Source of the DNA: Podarcis cretensis
Taxonomy: Eukaryota
Reading direction: 5' to 3'
NCBI GenBank assembly: GCA_951804945.1
Contig: OX638152.1
Location: 21,886,001 to 21,950,000 of the forward strand
DNA: 64,000 nt
The first letter of the stretch is position 1. Each line of letters opens with the position of its first letter. The position numbers and the translations under genes were made by a program. The notes under the pieces are model-generated. The model was given only the letters and a program-made list of their open reading frames with translations, was not told where the DNA came from and searched no databases. Below, piece by piece: positions 54,392-64,000 of this stretch.

Positions 54392-55240
54392 CAGGGGTCA
54401 GCAACATTTTTCAGCTGTGGGCCGGTCCACCGTCCCTCAGACCATGTGGGGGTTCGGACTATATTTTTTTTTTGGGGGGGGGGGGGATGAACGAATTCCT
54501 ATGCCCCGGAAATAACCCAGAGATGCATTTCAAATGAAAGCACATATTCTACGATACGATACGATACGATACGATACGATATCTTTATTGTCATTGTCCC
54601 TTGCGGAACAATGAAATTGAAAAACTACATAAAAACTACATAAAACTACCACGAAACTACATAAAACTACATAAAAACTACATAAAACATTCAAAAACCC
54701 CTAAAAACTCTAAAACCCCATTTTAAAATACACTATATACTACAGAGACCCCTTATGCTGTGTTTAGAACCAGAATTGCATTAGCGTAGAAACTGTTTTT
54801 CAGGCGGCTAGTCCTGGCCTTTAGAACCCTATACCTTTTTCCAGAAGGCAGAAGCTGAAAGAGATAATTTCCGGGGTGCGTACTATCATGTGCTATCTCT
54901 GCCGCTTTCTTATGGCACCTGGCAGCATAGATTTGATCTAAGGTGGGAAGAGTGCACCCAATAATTCTCTCTGCAGTCTTTACAACCCTGGATAGCATTG
55001 TTTTTTCCCTGGCCGTGCAGCTCCCAAACCACACGCACAGACCGTAAGTTAGTACGCTCTCCACAGTGCAATGGTAGAATGTAAAAACACTAGGCAGGCC
55101 CCACAAATAACCCAGAGATGCATTTTAAATAAAAGGATGCATTCATGTAAAAACACGCTGATTTCTGGACCATCTGCAGGCCGCATTTAGAAGGTGATTG
55201 GGCCGCATCCGGCCCCTGGGCCTTAGGTTGACTACCCCTT
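54392..55240. mobile_element. Non-autonomous hAT element hosting a LINE fragment
   Basis: Ends caggggtcagcaac / gttgactacccctt; 8-bp TSD gattacaa (54384-54391, 55241-55248). Confidence 0.8.
54550..55100 (-). mobile_element. Rex1/Babar-type LINE 3' fragment
   Basis: FYHCTVESVLTYGLCVWFG...VVKTAERIIG...DSTHPGNYLFQLLPSGKRYR...TSRLKNSFY, characteristic Rex1/Babar C-terminus; AATAAA then (TATCG)n tail. Confidence 0.85.
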
Positions 55241-55438
55241 GATTACAACTCCTATCATCTTTGGTGGTGGGCTTTGCTGACTGGGCGGCTGATGGGATTT
55301 GAAATTTAGCAGCATTAGGGCAGCCACGGTGGCTTAAATTGTCTTTCTCTCCTCAACCTCTGTGAAGACACAACGAGCTGCCAGAGAGGGACAGAGCACA
55401 GAAGGTTCAATCTCCACCATCACTATTTTATATATATA

Positions 55439-55680
55439 CAGTGGTACCTCGGGTTACATACGCTTCAAGTTACATACGCTTCAGGTTACAGACTCGACTA
55501 ACCCAGAAATAGTACCTCGGGTTAAGAACTTTGCTTCAGGATTAGAACAGAAATCGTGCTCCGGCGGCGCGGTGGCAGCAGGAGGTCCCATTAGCTAAAG
55601 TGGTGCTTCAGGTTAAGAACAGTTTCAGGTTAAGAACGGACCTCCGGAATGAATTAAGTACTTAACCCGAGGTACCACTG
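55439..55680. mobile_element. CAGTGGTACCTC-family MITE, copy 3
   Basis: Perfect TIRs; (TA)n on the left and (TG)n on the right. Confidence 0.9.
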
Positions 55681-56077
55681 TGTGTGTGTGTGTGTGTGTG
55701 TGTGTATGATTTTTATTGGTTTTACATATAATCACATTATGTAACATCGCACCCTCCTATTTTATCTCTTTGGCTCAACTGAGCTTCATTCCCTCCTGTC
55801 TGATGGTTTACAAAATTAAACTTTACATCTTTACATTTCACTTTACATTTCCTATCCTTGTTATATCATTACCTAAAATATTATATTACTCAGCCCGAAT
55901 AGGTAGCAATTTCATCTTGCAAATCTTCAGATAAGCCTGCTAATGATGATAATGGCTTGCAGTTGTCTTACAAATATCATATAAATTTGTTCCAGATCCT
56001 TGCCATCTCTAGACAGGGCTGGGACAGTCTCCCTTTACAAAATCATGGAGAGCTACTGTCACTCTGTGTAGACAGTA

Positions 56078-56295
56078 CAGTGGTACCTCGTTTTACAGAC
56101 GCTTCAGGTTACAGACTCCACTAACCCAGAAATAGTACCTTGGGTTAAGAACTTCGCTTCAAGATGAGAACAGAAATCACGGTGCAGCGGCAGCGGGAGG
56201 CCCCATTAGCTAAAGTGGTACCTCAGGTTAAGAACAGTTTCAGGTTAAGAACGGACCTCCAGAACGAATTAAGTTCTTAACCTGAGGTACCACTG
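56078..56295. mobile_element. CAGTGGTACCTC-family MITE, copy 4, inserted in a SINE
   Basis: TA TSD at 56076-56077 and 56296-56297; the flanks rejoin to the SINE motif gtagacagTActgagcta. Confidence 0.9.
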
Positions 56296-56390
56296 TACTG
56301 AGCTAAAGGAACCAGTGGTCTGGTTCAGAATAATCCCCACAGTTCCTAAACAATCTTTTTTCTCCCACTCATTTTGCTTTCTAATTGCAG

Positions 56391-56512
56391 GGAGTGGTTC
56401 AATTCCAGACTTCTTTCGAATTATGAAGCGGCAGTTTACAGAGGAAGAGTGGAGAGCAATCAAGTCCATGAACAGCGAATGGCTTCAGTTGGATATGTTT
56501 CATAGGCACTGG
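56391..56512 (+). CDS. AASDHPPT: AASDHPPT coding exon 3
   Basis: ttgcag|; GSGSIPDFFRIMKRQFTEEEW...QLDMFHRHW; donor TGG|GTAACT; phase is consistent with exon 2. Confidence 0.95.
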
Positions 56513-56943
56513 GTAACTGACCATTTTTATTTTTAACCGTTTATCCATAATCCATCAACACAGCCTCTCTTCAAATATTGAGTGGCTTTGTTTGGAATAA
56601 CTTTTATTGCATCGTTTATATATTTGCTTTGAAAGCCTACAAAGAAGAATCGGAGGAGGGTTTTGTTTGGCCTGCATTTTGCAAAACAGTTGTGTTTAAA
56701 TGTATCAAATGTACAAAATGCCATAATGTTAATATATAACATAGAATGCACAATACAAATCTTAAATACTATAATGCACTATAATCATATTTCATACATC
56801 ATTTCAATATTTGCTGCTATGATTAACAATCAGTCTTTATGTACCATCTCCTAAAATATATTTAATTAGTGGGGTGACATATTTTTCACTACTTCCAACA
56901 CATCCATGGATTACATTTATCTTTCAGATTTCACACACCTCCT

Positions 56944-57181
56944 AATTTTAAATTACCAATCTCAACTTTAAAAAATGTACCAAAGTGCATCGAAAGTAGT
57001 ATTTTAGGATGAAATACATTTTAAATTTTAAATTACCGATCTCAACTTTAAAAAATGTACCAAAGTGCATCGAAAGTAGTATTTTAGGATGAAATACATT
57101 TTAAATTTTAAATTACCGATCTCAACTTTAAAAAATGTACCAAAGTGCATCGAAAGTAGTATTTTAGGATGAAATACATTT
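56944..57181. repeat. Tandem repeat, 3 x 80 bp
   Basis: caaagtgcatcgaaagtagt recurs at 56981, 57061 and 57141; units nearly identical. Confidence 0.95.
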
Positions 57182-58337
57182 AGAAATGTGTTCACCAAGT
57201 TAAAATACTATTTTGTGATAAAATATGTATTTTCATATGTATTTCTTTTTTAAAAAATTTTTTAATTAACTTTATTAAATTTCTTCATCAACTACATAAG
57301 TTTCATACAATATTTTTCACAATAATGGTCATAATACATGCATATCATAAATGAAGACACAAACATTATTCATACAAATACCCACTTATTAAACTGTCAG
57401 TAAATATTAAATATTTTATAATTCATTAATCTGCTCTTTTGAAATTCTCATTATTACATTAAATATTAAATAAGAGAATATGAATTCCCTCCATCTTCCA
57501 TTATTCCTCCTTTCTTACATATTGCTCTGCTAATTTCCAGTCTTCCTGTTTTCCTCTGTATCCTTCCACTTCTTTAATGTGATTGTTCATGTAATAATTG
57601 ACATTTCTTTCCCCTATTTTTCTAATTACTTCTTTTCCAAACCCAGCTTACATTTTTCTTCAACATTTTAGCATTCACAATCCTTGTCAGGGTTGAATTA
57701 TACAGTATCTTGAGTCCAGATTTATTTGCAATTCTGGGGGGGGGGGGGTTCACATAGTTTGGGAGACATAATAGAAAATATTCAGTTATTATCTCCTTAA
57801 TTTTTTCATTTATAACTATTAGCACCGTCCTCCAATATTGCTTCACCCTTGCACACTCGCACCATGAATGGATACAGTCTCTCTTAATGTTATTACAGAA
57901 CTTCAATTATTTGCTTTGTACAACACTGAAGCATTTCCCCTCTCATCTCTTCCCTGCCAAACAATTGATGGGCAGGTGGATTCCCGAATCCTGTTACAAG
58001 TCACCTTGCACTTTCTCGTCCCAAGAAAAGGCCCATGTATTGAGGTTTCTGGCTGGGGTTCCATTCCGATGTCATATAAACCCTGTTTTATTTATTACTT
58101 CTTCTTCTTATTTATTTATTTATTGGGTTTATATACCGCCACCCATCATAAAATCTCAGGGCGGTTCACAGAATAAAATACAGGATGAAAACAAGCAAAT
58201 AAGTAGAACAAGACAACAAAACAACAACACACTCACCCCTTCCCACTGACACATTTAAAAGGCAGTAGAATATTAATCAGGTTTGGTTGAGGAAGAACGT
58301 TTTCACCTGGTGACTAACACACGCACACACACACACA

Positions 58338-58378
<41 letters not shown>

Positions 58379-58395
58379 ATGGTTACATATATATA

Positions 58396-58810
58396 TGTAA
58401 TGCGTAAGTCGTCGCCACACCTGGCTGAGTCACCTGGGTGAACCCTTTCTGTCCGGACAGCCACCCATCCGTGGCTGTCTCAATCGCTGGCAGAATCCGT
58501 CAGTGGGCGTTTCTTGAACTTCTTCCAGCAAAGAAGTTCTTTGATGCCAAGTCTCCTCCTACTCTCCCTGCGCGGAAGTCTTCTGCACAGGGAGGGAGTG
58601 GGTAGCGGAGTACCCGTGCTCTCCCTGCTGGTCTCTGGCGAGGAGTCATGGAGCCACCTCACCGATTCCCCCATCTGCCCCCCTTCTCCACTGGTGCTAC
58701 GCTGATTTCCTTCCCCCACAGATGGGCTGCCTCTCTCCCTCCTGGGACGCTCTCCGGCATCCCTCTGGAGCCCTCCCTCCTCCTCTGGCTCCGATGGCAT
58801 TTCCCTGACA
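58396..58810 (-). mobile_element. Probable solo LTR inserted in a (TA)n tract that splits an L2 fragment
   Basis: TG...CA ends; reverse strand begins tgtcaggga like the 51034 element; L2-like sequence continues on both sides (58110-58310, 58870-58930). Confidence 0.55.
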
Positions 58811-58858
<48 letters not shown>

Positions 58859-59249
58859 ATTATATAAAGGCACCCGGCGAACCTCCCTGGGGAGAGCATT
58901 CCACAAATGGGGAGGCACTGCAGAAAAGGCCGAATGCAGAGTCTCGGACAGTTTATATGGGGAGAGGCTTTTTTTCCCTAAAATAATGTTTAGGGGTCCT
59001 CTTATTTTGACTTGAGAAAATCAAAATTTTATAGTTCAATTTGGGAAAAGTAAATATAGTAAATGGACAAAAGGCTGCCATCGGGGGTAGCAATGGAACT
59101 GACAAGTCCCTGTGCTGGGGAACAAATGATTTTTTTTAAAAAAAAAATTAGTTTATTCTCCCATTAGATTGACAAAATGTTTAGGGGTATGTGTACCCCT
59201 GCACACGCACACCCCAGGAAAAAAGCACTGGGGAGAGGTATTGTGGTCC

Positions 59250-59680
59250 TGAGATACACTGCTTGCCAGTTCATTTCCCGATTAAGTTTGAGGTTTAAAT
59301 TGGTGTTTAAAGCCCTAAGCAACTCTGGCTTGAAATATGTGAGCAATCACCTCCTTCGCTACAAACCCTCTTGAATGCTGATATCGGCAGAGGTGGCACT
59401 CTTGGTAGCTTTTCCACACTCAGAGGTTTGGCCCAGGAGAGTGGCCTTCTCTGTGGTGGCCCCTAAGCTGTGGAACTCCCTCCCTACAGAGATGTGATTG
59501 GCATCTTCATTATACAGCTTCATTTTGATAGTAGAAGTGAATATTTTTAGAACCCACTTTATTTTCACGATTGCAAATTGTTTTAAACAGTTCTTAACGT
59601 TATGCTTTAACGTTGCAACATCTGCCCTTGCACCCTTATAGTGAAGGGCAGGTAATTAATTAATTAATAAATAAATAAGA
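59250..59680 (+). mobile_element. L2-type LINE 3' fragment
   Basis: cactgcttgccagtt...tttaaagcccta...gccttctctgtggtggcccctaagctgtggaactccctccct (degenerate LHWLP..FKAL..AFSVVAPKLWNSLP) with an aataaat tail. Confidence 0.7.
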
Positions 59681-60218
59681 ATAACATTTGATCAGTTTAA
59701 TCATTCATTAAGCATAGAGAATGGCTTGGTGGCACAATTCCACTAAAGCTAAACAAGGAAGATGCTTTGCAAGGTGTTATGGTGGGAGACTGCCTAAGAG
59801 CCATATATAAGCCACTTTGAGTTACTTGTAGGAAGAATAAACAGATAATCAGTGAATTGAATGATCAGCTAAAACCTTCAGGTTTCGTGACCAGTTCTTA
59901 TTAATGCAATGGGCATTTTGACAACTCGGGTATCTGCAAGAAGGCTTCTGTGTTGTCCCATGCTTACTCCTGCCAATTGTACTCGCAAGATATAACCGTG
60001 GAAATTCTCTATACATAACAGGCAGAAGAAAAAGACCTGGGATTTGGCCCCGGTTTAATCGTGTATAGGTGTGGAAGAATTGTAAATGTAAGTGGGGGAC
60101 ACACAATATAGAATCTTGTGGTGCCTATTAGGCGGAGATTCAGAAAGCCACTCTGCATATAGTGATTGGAACCATACATGGGTTGACCACCTGCATTTTG
60201 ATTTTTTCTTTCTTTTAG

Positions 60219-60380
60219 GCGCTAAAAGAGAGCTTTATAAAAGCCATTGGTGTCGGGATAGGTTTTGACCTTCAGAGGATTGAGTTTAATGTATCCCCAC
60301 TGCAGCTGGAAGTGGGGAAAACGTATAACGAGACAGTTATGCTCTTGGATGGCGAAGAAGAGAAGGAATGGAGTTTTGAG
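60219..60380 (+). CDS. AASDHPPT: AASDHPPT coding exon 4
   Basis: ttttag|GCG CTA AAA GAG: ALKESFIKAIGVGIG (completes the WxLKE PPTase motif)...DGEEEKEWSFE|gtgagg. Confidence 0.95.
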
Positions 60381-60551
60381 GTGAGGCTGCAACCTACAAA
60401 CTTCTCCCTAAAGTTATACTATATACTGTCTTGAAATACCATAAGATGTTGGTGTAACGCTTAAATTGCCTACTCGTGAGCCCCTGCTTTCTTGGGATCC
60501 CTATTTGTGAGGGTGCAGGGGTAGGAGAAGAAAAGGAGCTTGCCTAGTCGG

Positions 60552-60996
60552 TGTTAGAATTCCTGCTCCGTGACTGCAGTCATGGGATTGTTGTCTATCA
60601 CATGACGGTGTATGTTTTGACTCCACAGAGTGGGAAGTGAAGACAGGATGTTTGTGTTACTGTGTTCCGTGAAGTGGGACTATTGTCCTTTGTTCTTTAT
60701 CTCTTTGCTGTCTGATGCTAGAGAGAGAGGGAGCCATGTTGCAGTGCTCCATGTGTGTTTATATGTAAATAAAGTAGATTAGCCAAAATGCTGTGTTACT
60801 GAGGTCTATCACGCAAACTGCGCAGACTCTGCAGATCCCTAAGTGTGCGGATGTCTGTTGGCATTGGTCGCTGTGATGTATGGGCTGAAGAAAGCTTATG
60901 AAGCTCCCGAACGATTGACCAGGAGGTAGAGAACATGCCAGTCGGGCATGTGTCTCTGCCAGAGTCCTACTCGAGTGTAGGCTGAACACCTGACCA
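60552..60996 (+). mobile_element. Probable solo LTR
   Basis: TG...CA ends, internal AATAAA, imperfect 4-bp TSD tcgg/tcag. Confidence 0.5.
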
Positions 60997-62264
60997 TCAG
61001 TTGCATGGACAGTGTTTCTGGGTCCCCTCAAAAATCCATTGGCCCGCGGGAGACCATCGTTTGTGCCTGATTGATTTTAAGGGCAGAGGGCAGACTCGAG
61101 GCAGAACTTCCTCCCTCAGGGAGATTTTTTTGTGCATTTTTTGGTGCCACCCTCTCCACCCACCAAAACCTCTCCTCCCCCCCCCCCCCCCGCTTGGTAT
61201 TTGTGCTGTGTCTCAAGGAGCAATCAAAACAACATTCACGTTTTGCCTTTAATCGCCAAATTTGCCCATGGCTTTCAGGAGCGATTGTGCTGTTGCTTTG
61301 TTGAACTCTCATAAAGAAATTTGCTGGTGTTTGCAGAGAAGAAGGAAAAAACCCGCTTTGTCCTCTAGCAATGCCGCACAACCTTATAATGCACCCAGTT
61401 GGAGCACCCGTAAAGCTTTTAACGTCTGCAGTCTGGGGAGACCTCATGCCAATAGTGGCAGTAACTAACATTTAGACTCCTGTGTTTGCTTTTCGAAATG
61501 GGAAATGATGTTAATATTAAGTCACTGAGAAATAACCTCTTAACTTCACTTTAGGGAACTCAGTTTCTGCTTTGATAATGTATGAAAGGGGGGGAAGGGA
61601 TCAAGTATAGTAGGTAAAAAAGAGACTTATTTTTTTACCACCCACAGCGAACAGAGTAGAAATTGTCAAAGCACTGGTCTTCAAGCTGATGAGTTAGGAC
61701 CTCCCAGTAGGTCATGCACTGACAACTAATGGCTCCATTGCTGTTTTCTTTGTTTTCTGTTTCCTTTAAAATAGGGAGAAAGACAATCCAAATGATGGGG
61801 TGGAAGAGGGTTAAAGGGTAACCAAAGGGTAGGCTACTCTTCTGTGGTTGTGTAGAAGACAATGCATTAACAGCTGTGACTTTTTTCAGCACCGCTTGAC
61901 AGATTTGCAGCTACCAAAATCCTCATTTCTGCGGACAGAGGGGCTTGGTGGAGTGGATTTTGCCCCTAGACAGGAGGTTCCACACCCCTTCCTTAATATT
62001 ACTTGCTGCAAATATGCTCTAGAGCAGATCCACCTTTGCAATATTGCACACGTGGAACAGGAAGTGTTACATAAGAGGGTTGACAGGCCAACAGGTTAAT
62101 TTACCTAGGCTGTCACATCACCGGACTTCCTGAAACATGGAGCAACAATGGGGAAATGTAGGCAGTTTTTCCTGTCCGTACTATCTAATCTTTTACTCTC
62201 CTACATTTGCTTTCTATTGGTGTTGGTAGTTATTCAGTACACTTTCCCCCCTTTTGCCATCTAG

Positions 62265-62342
62265 GAAACACGGCTAGATGATTGTCACCATGTTGCAGTT
62301 GCTCTGGGGAAACCAGGAGTGTTTGGAGAGAAGCCTGCTGCG
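62265..62342 (+). CDS. AASDHPPT: AASDHPPT coding exon 5 (last exon lies beyond the window)
   Basis: ccatctag|ETRLDDCHHVAVALGKPGVFGEKPAA|gtaaga. Confidence 0.88.
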
Positions 62343-62781
62343 GTAAGATGTTCGGGTAATTTTCAGTATCAAGCAGAATTGTTAGTAGTGTTGTGATATT
62401 TTGTCGTCTTCCTTGAGATGGCTCTATGCTAAATAGCTGTTGAATTTTTAAATACACAATAGCACTCTTGACTGGAATACAATTCCAAGCAGCTGTTAAT
62501 AAAAACCTAGAGTAGAAAATACCGTCCACCTGTATTCAGATCCTAGAATAAAGTAGAATACTTGGGATATGATATTGGAGATCATCTAGCCCAATCTGCT
62601 GCTCAGTCCAACAGTTCCTGGACCTGCTCCGCTTTGCCACCAGAAAACTCCATGGTGGGGCTCTCTGCTGGCTGCTGCTAGTAAAGAACTTGCTGGCAAC
62701 ATTTCCTCCCCCCTTCATTTTGGTGGGTGGAAGGGGGAGCTTCACAATAATATGAGAGCCTTATGGACCAGCCCAGTGGCC

Positions 62782-63736
62782 TGTCAGGGGTTCAGTCCCC
62801 AGCTTGATCACACAGTAAGCGTAGTTGATTAAAAAGGATGATTTTACTGTCAAAACAACAGATAGCTCCGGAGAGCTTAACACAGCCTCCGCCATCATCA
62901 ATCAAGATGACCCTTCTGAAGATCCCTTCCGGTTACAGAAGATATTGAACTTTCTCACTTTGCTTGCTTTGTTTCCGGTCTAACAGCCCTCCCCTTAGCC
63001 GACTCTTAGGAGGGATTGGATCAGCTCCAATCTGTTCCCATTCTGACAAACTGCTTCCTTCTCTGTTTGTGCCAGTTTGCCCCTCCCAAGAGCGTTGTCT
63101 GGCTTCCTGCCAGCTCTCAGCCATTCCCTTATCAACTGGCATTCCAAGGAGTGGGGGAGTTGGCACTGTTGTTGTTGTTTAGTTGTTTAGTTATGTCCGA
63201 CTCTTCATGACCCCATGAACCAGAGCACGCCAGGCACTCCTGTCTTCCACTGCCTCCTGCAGTTTGGTCAAACTTATGCTGGTAGCTTCGAGAACACTAT
63301 CCAACCATCTCGTCCTCTGTCGTCCCCTTCTCCTTGTGTCTTCTCTTCTCTTGATGTGGCCAAAGTATTGGAGCCTCAGCTTCACGATCTGTCCTTCCAG
63401 TGAGCACTCAGGACTGATTTCCTTCAGAATGGAGAGGTTTGATCTTCTTGCAGTCCATGGGACTCTCAAGAGTCTCCTCCAGCACCATAATTCAAAAGCA
63501 TCAATTCTTTGGCAATCAGCCTTCTTGATGGTCCAGCTCTCAGTTCCATACATCACTACTGGGAAAACCATAGCTTTAACTATACGGACCTTTGGCACTT
63601 TGGAGTTGGCACTAGCTGATGCTCATTCTGCCTGGCAGTTAACCCTCTCTGTTCCTGGCTGATTTCTTCAATTGTCTGCAAACCTTCCCTGAGAGCTGGC
63701 TGCAAACCATCACTGGGAGCTGGCTCATTCATGACA
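62782..63736. mobile_element. Solo LTR (about 510 bp net) interrupted by BovB
   Basis: TGTCA...TGACA termini; 5-bp TSD tggcc (62777-62781, 63737-63741). Confidence 0.7.
63168..63601 (-). mobile_element. RTE-BovB LINE, 5'-truncated
   Basis: KVRIVKAMVFPVVMYGTESWTIKKA...RIDAFELWCWRRLLRVPWTARRSNLSIL; (CAA)n tail; 12-bp TSD ggagttggcact (63156-63167, 63602-63613). Confidence 0.93.
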
Positions 63737-64000
63737 TGGCCCTTCTAACCCAGCATCCTGTTCTCCCCGAGGCTCGCCAGATCTTGCGGTGAAGTGATGC
63801 TGGTGTCACTCTACAGATGTCTAGCAGGAGGTGGTGTAACCCAGCAGGTCTGGGCAGAGGGACACCTCCTCCCAACCAACCCCACTCGCCCCAGCCTGAT
63901 GTGAAGGGTGTTTGCATTGTGCTGTTAATAGTAAACACATAAAAAACAACAGAAAAGGGAGACTTAAAAATCGATATCCCACAGCTGACTTGCGTGGTTT

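Noticed and set aside
42859-56295. Idea that the intronic Tigger-like ORF mobilises the four CAGTGGTACCTC MITEs
   Set aside because: Its surviving terminus (CAGTATGATC...) shares only CAGT with the MITE TIR, and the first catalytic Asp is missing.
56944-57181. CRISPR-like appearance of regularly spaced repeats
   Set aside because: No unique spacers and vertebrate context; a simple tandem repeat.
60883-60915. Second hammerhead-like string ctgaagaaagcttatgaagctcccgaac
   Set aside because: Has CUGAAGA but no correctly placed GAAA and no stem I/III pairing.

Overview
Eukaryotic (vertebrate) genomic DNA, almost certainly from a lacertid-type lizard, judged by Sauria SINEs, BovB, Rex1/Babar and squamate-style MITEs. 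It covers the conserved amniote block GRIA4 (3' end, +), MSANTD4 (-), KBTBD3 (-) and AASDHPPT (exons 1-5, +), with CpG-island promoters at about 25-26 kb and 38.5-39.7 kb. Exon boundaries were read from splice signals and remembered orthologue sequences, not from a database search. Most notable: (1) an intact 602-aa Tigger/pogo transposase ORF lies in the 5' intron of KBTBD3 on the same strand. Its first catalytic Asp is Val, its ends are decayed, and it is bracketed by candidate splice sites, so it is a candidate lineage-specific domesticated transposase using the KBTBD3 promoter. (2) A 245-bp Penelope-like inverted-repeat insertion with a 13-bp TSD carries a minimal hammerhead ribozyme motif on each strand. 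(3) A 132-nt N gap has exactly the length needed to hide the GRIA4 short C-terminal tail. Introns contain many nested transposon insertions with readable TSDs.
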